A DNA stretch of 17,481 nt from a virus (Duplodnaviria; Heunggongvirae; Uroviricota; Caudoviricetes). Location of the stretch: IMG/VR virus record IMGVR_UViG_2693429555_000018; one strand, 5' to 3'. Under the pieces are notes generated by a model, which searched no databases, was not told where the DNA came from, and was given only the letters and a program-made list of their open reading frames with translations. Made by a program: the position numbers and the translations under genes. Shown here in pieces: positions 16,729-17,481 of the stretch. The first letter of the stretch is position 1, and each line of letters opens with the position of its first letter.

Positions 16729-16815
16729 CCCCGCAACTTCAATTCTGTTTTGCGTGCCTGCTCCAGATTTTGCGATGTTTTTTTGCCCAGCACACTGAGA
16801 ACGTGAGATACTCAC

Positions 16816-16835
16816 AACTGTATATAAATACAGTT
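16816..16835. promoter_or_regulatory. LexA (SOS) box of dinD
   Basis: AACTGTATATAAATACAGTT, with the CTGT-N8-ACAG core at 16818-16833, about 44 bp upstream of the dinD start and overlapping a TATAAAT -10-like element. Matches the canonical LexA consensus and, as I recall, the published dinD SOS box. Confidence 0.85.
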
Positions 16836-16878
16836 ACAGATTTACTTTCTTTGCAATCGATATCACATGGAGTGGGCA

Positions 16879-17481
16879 ATGAACGAACATCATCAACCTT
16901 TTGAAGAGATAAAACTGATTAATGCAAACGGAGCAGAACAATGGTCAGCAAGACAACTTGGGAAACTACTGGGTTATTCAGAGTATCGTCACTTTATACC
17001 TGTATTAACGCGCGCCAAAGAGGCCTGTGAGAACAGTGGTCACACAATTGATGACCATTTCGAGGAGATCCTCGATATGGTCAAAATTGGCTCAAATGCC
17101 AAAAGAGCATTAAAAGACATCGTACTCTCCCGCTATGCCTGTTACCTGGTATTACAAAACGGCGACCCCGCGAAACCGGTCATTGCGGCAGGGCAGACTT
17201 ATTTTGCTATCCAGACCCGACGGCAGGAGCTTGCTGACGATGAAGCATTTAAGCAACTTCGTGAAGACGAAAAGCGTCTGTTTCTGAGAAATGAGTTGAA
17301 AGAACATAACAAACAATTGGTTGAGGCAGCACAGCAAGCTAATACCACACACTTTGACGTGGGTAGCAAGGTGAGGCAAACCATTCAGGAACTTGGCGGA
17401 ACCATGCCTGAGGAGTTGCCGACCCCGCAGGTCAGCATCAAGCAGTTGGAAAACAGTGTAAAAATTACAGAGAAGAAATAG
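16879..17481 (+). CDS. dinD: DNA-damage-inducible protein D (DinD)
   Basis: ORF ending with TAG at 17479-17481. Start most likely ATG 16879 (MNEHHQPFEEIKLIN…, GGAG 6 nt upstream); the in-frame ATG at 16867 is an alternative. Identification rests on the LexA box plus my recollection of the E. coli DinD sequence; not searched. Confidence 0.8.
   Translation: MNEHHQPFEEIKLINANGAEQWSARQLGKLLGYSEYRHFIPVLTRAKEACENSGHTIDDHFEEILDMVKIGSNAKRALKDIVLSRYACYLVLQNGDPAKPVIAAGQTYFAIQTRRQELADDEAFKQLREDEKRLFLRNELKEHNKQLVEAAQQANTTHFDVGSKVRQTIQELGGTMPEELPTPQVSIKQLENSVKITEKK

Noticed and set aside
16695-16904. 69-aa + strand ORF beginning inside the terminator-like hairpin and running through the LexA box
   Set aside because: It covers the dinD promoter and operator and is out of frame with dinD; spurious.
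1-17481. Searched by eye for a CRISPR array, IS inverted repeats or transposase, an integrase and a tRNA gene
   Set aside because: No regularly spaced repeat-spacer array, no transposase-like or tyrosine-recombinase-like ORF, and no tRNA cloverleaf were found; the integrase and att sites are presumably outside the window.

Overview
The window reads as a mosaic mobile-element region ending at the SOS gene dinD. From the left: (1) a P4-like / PICI-like satellite replication module on the + strand: an AlpA-family regulator, a hypothetical protein, an AntA-type antirepressor, a tightly coupled chain of small ORFs, and a large primase-helicase (zinc ribbon, TOPRIM, P-loop), followed by an iteron-type origin (GTTGGTTCA repeats) and a terminator. 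(2) A module that by gene sizes and order resembles P22-like ejection proteins (gp14/gp7/gp20/gp16), with a convergent membrane protein in the SieA position; no head, tail or terminase genes are present. (3) About 0.9 kb of repeat-rich sequence with no credible gene. (4) A second AlpA-family gene on the - strand with three GGTATCCA direct repeats upstream, then an inverted copy of the iteron origin. (5) Two cargo genes, the second an AT-richer single-gene cassette with its own terminator whose product has HslV / proteasome-beta-like motifs; this is the strongest candidate for an undescribed accessory function. (6) dinD with a perfect LexA box at the right edge. No integrase, tRNA, CRISPR array or IS transposase was found. 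All family assignments come from motif reading by eye, not from database searches.
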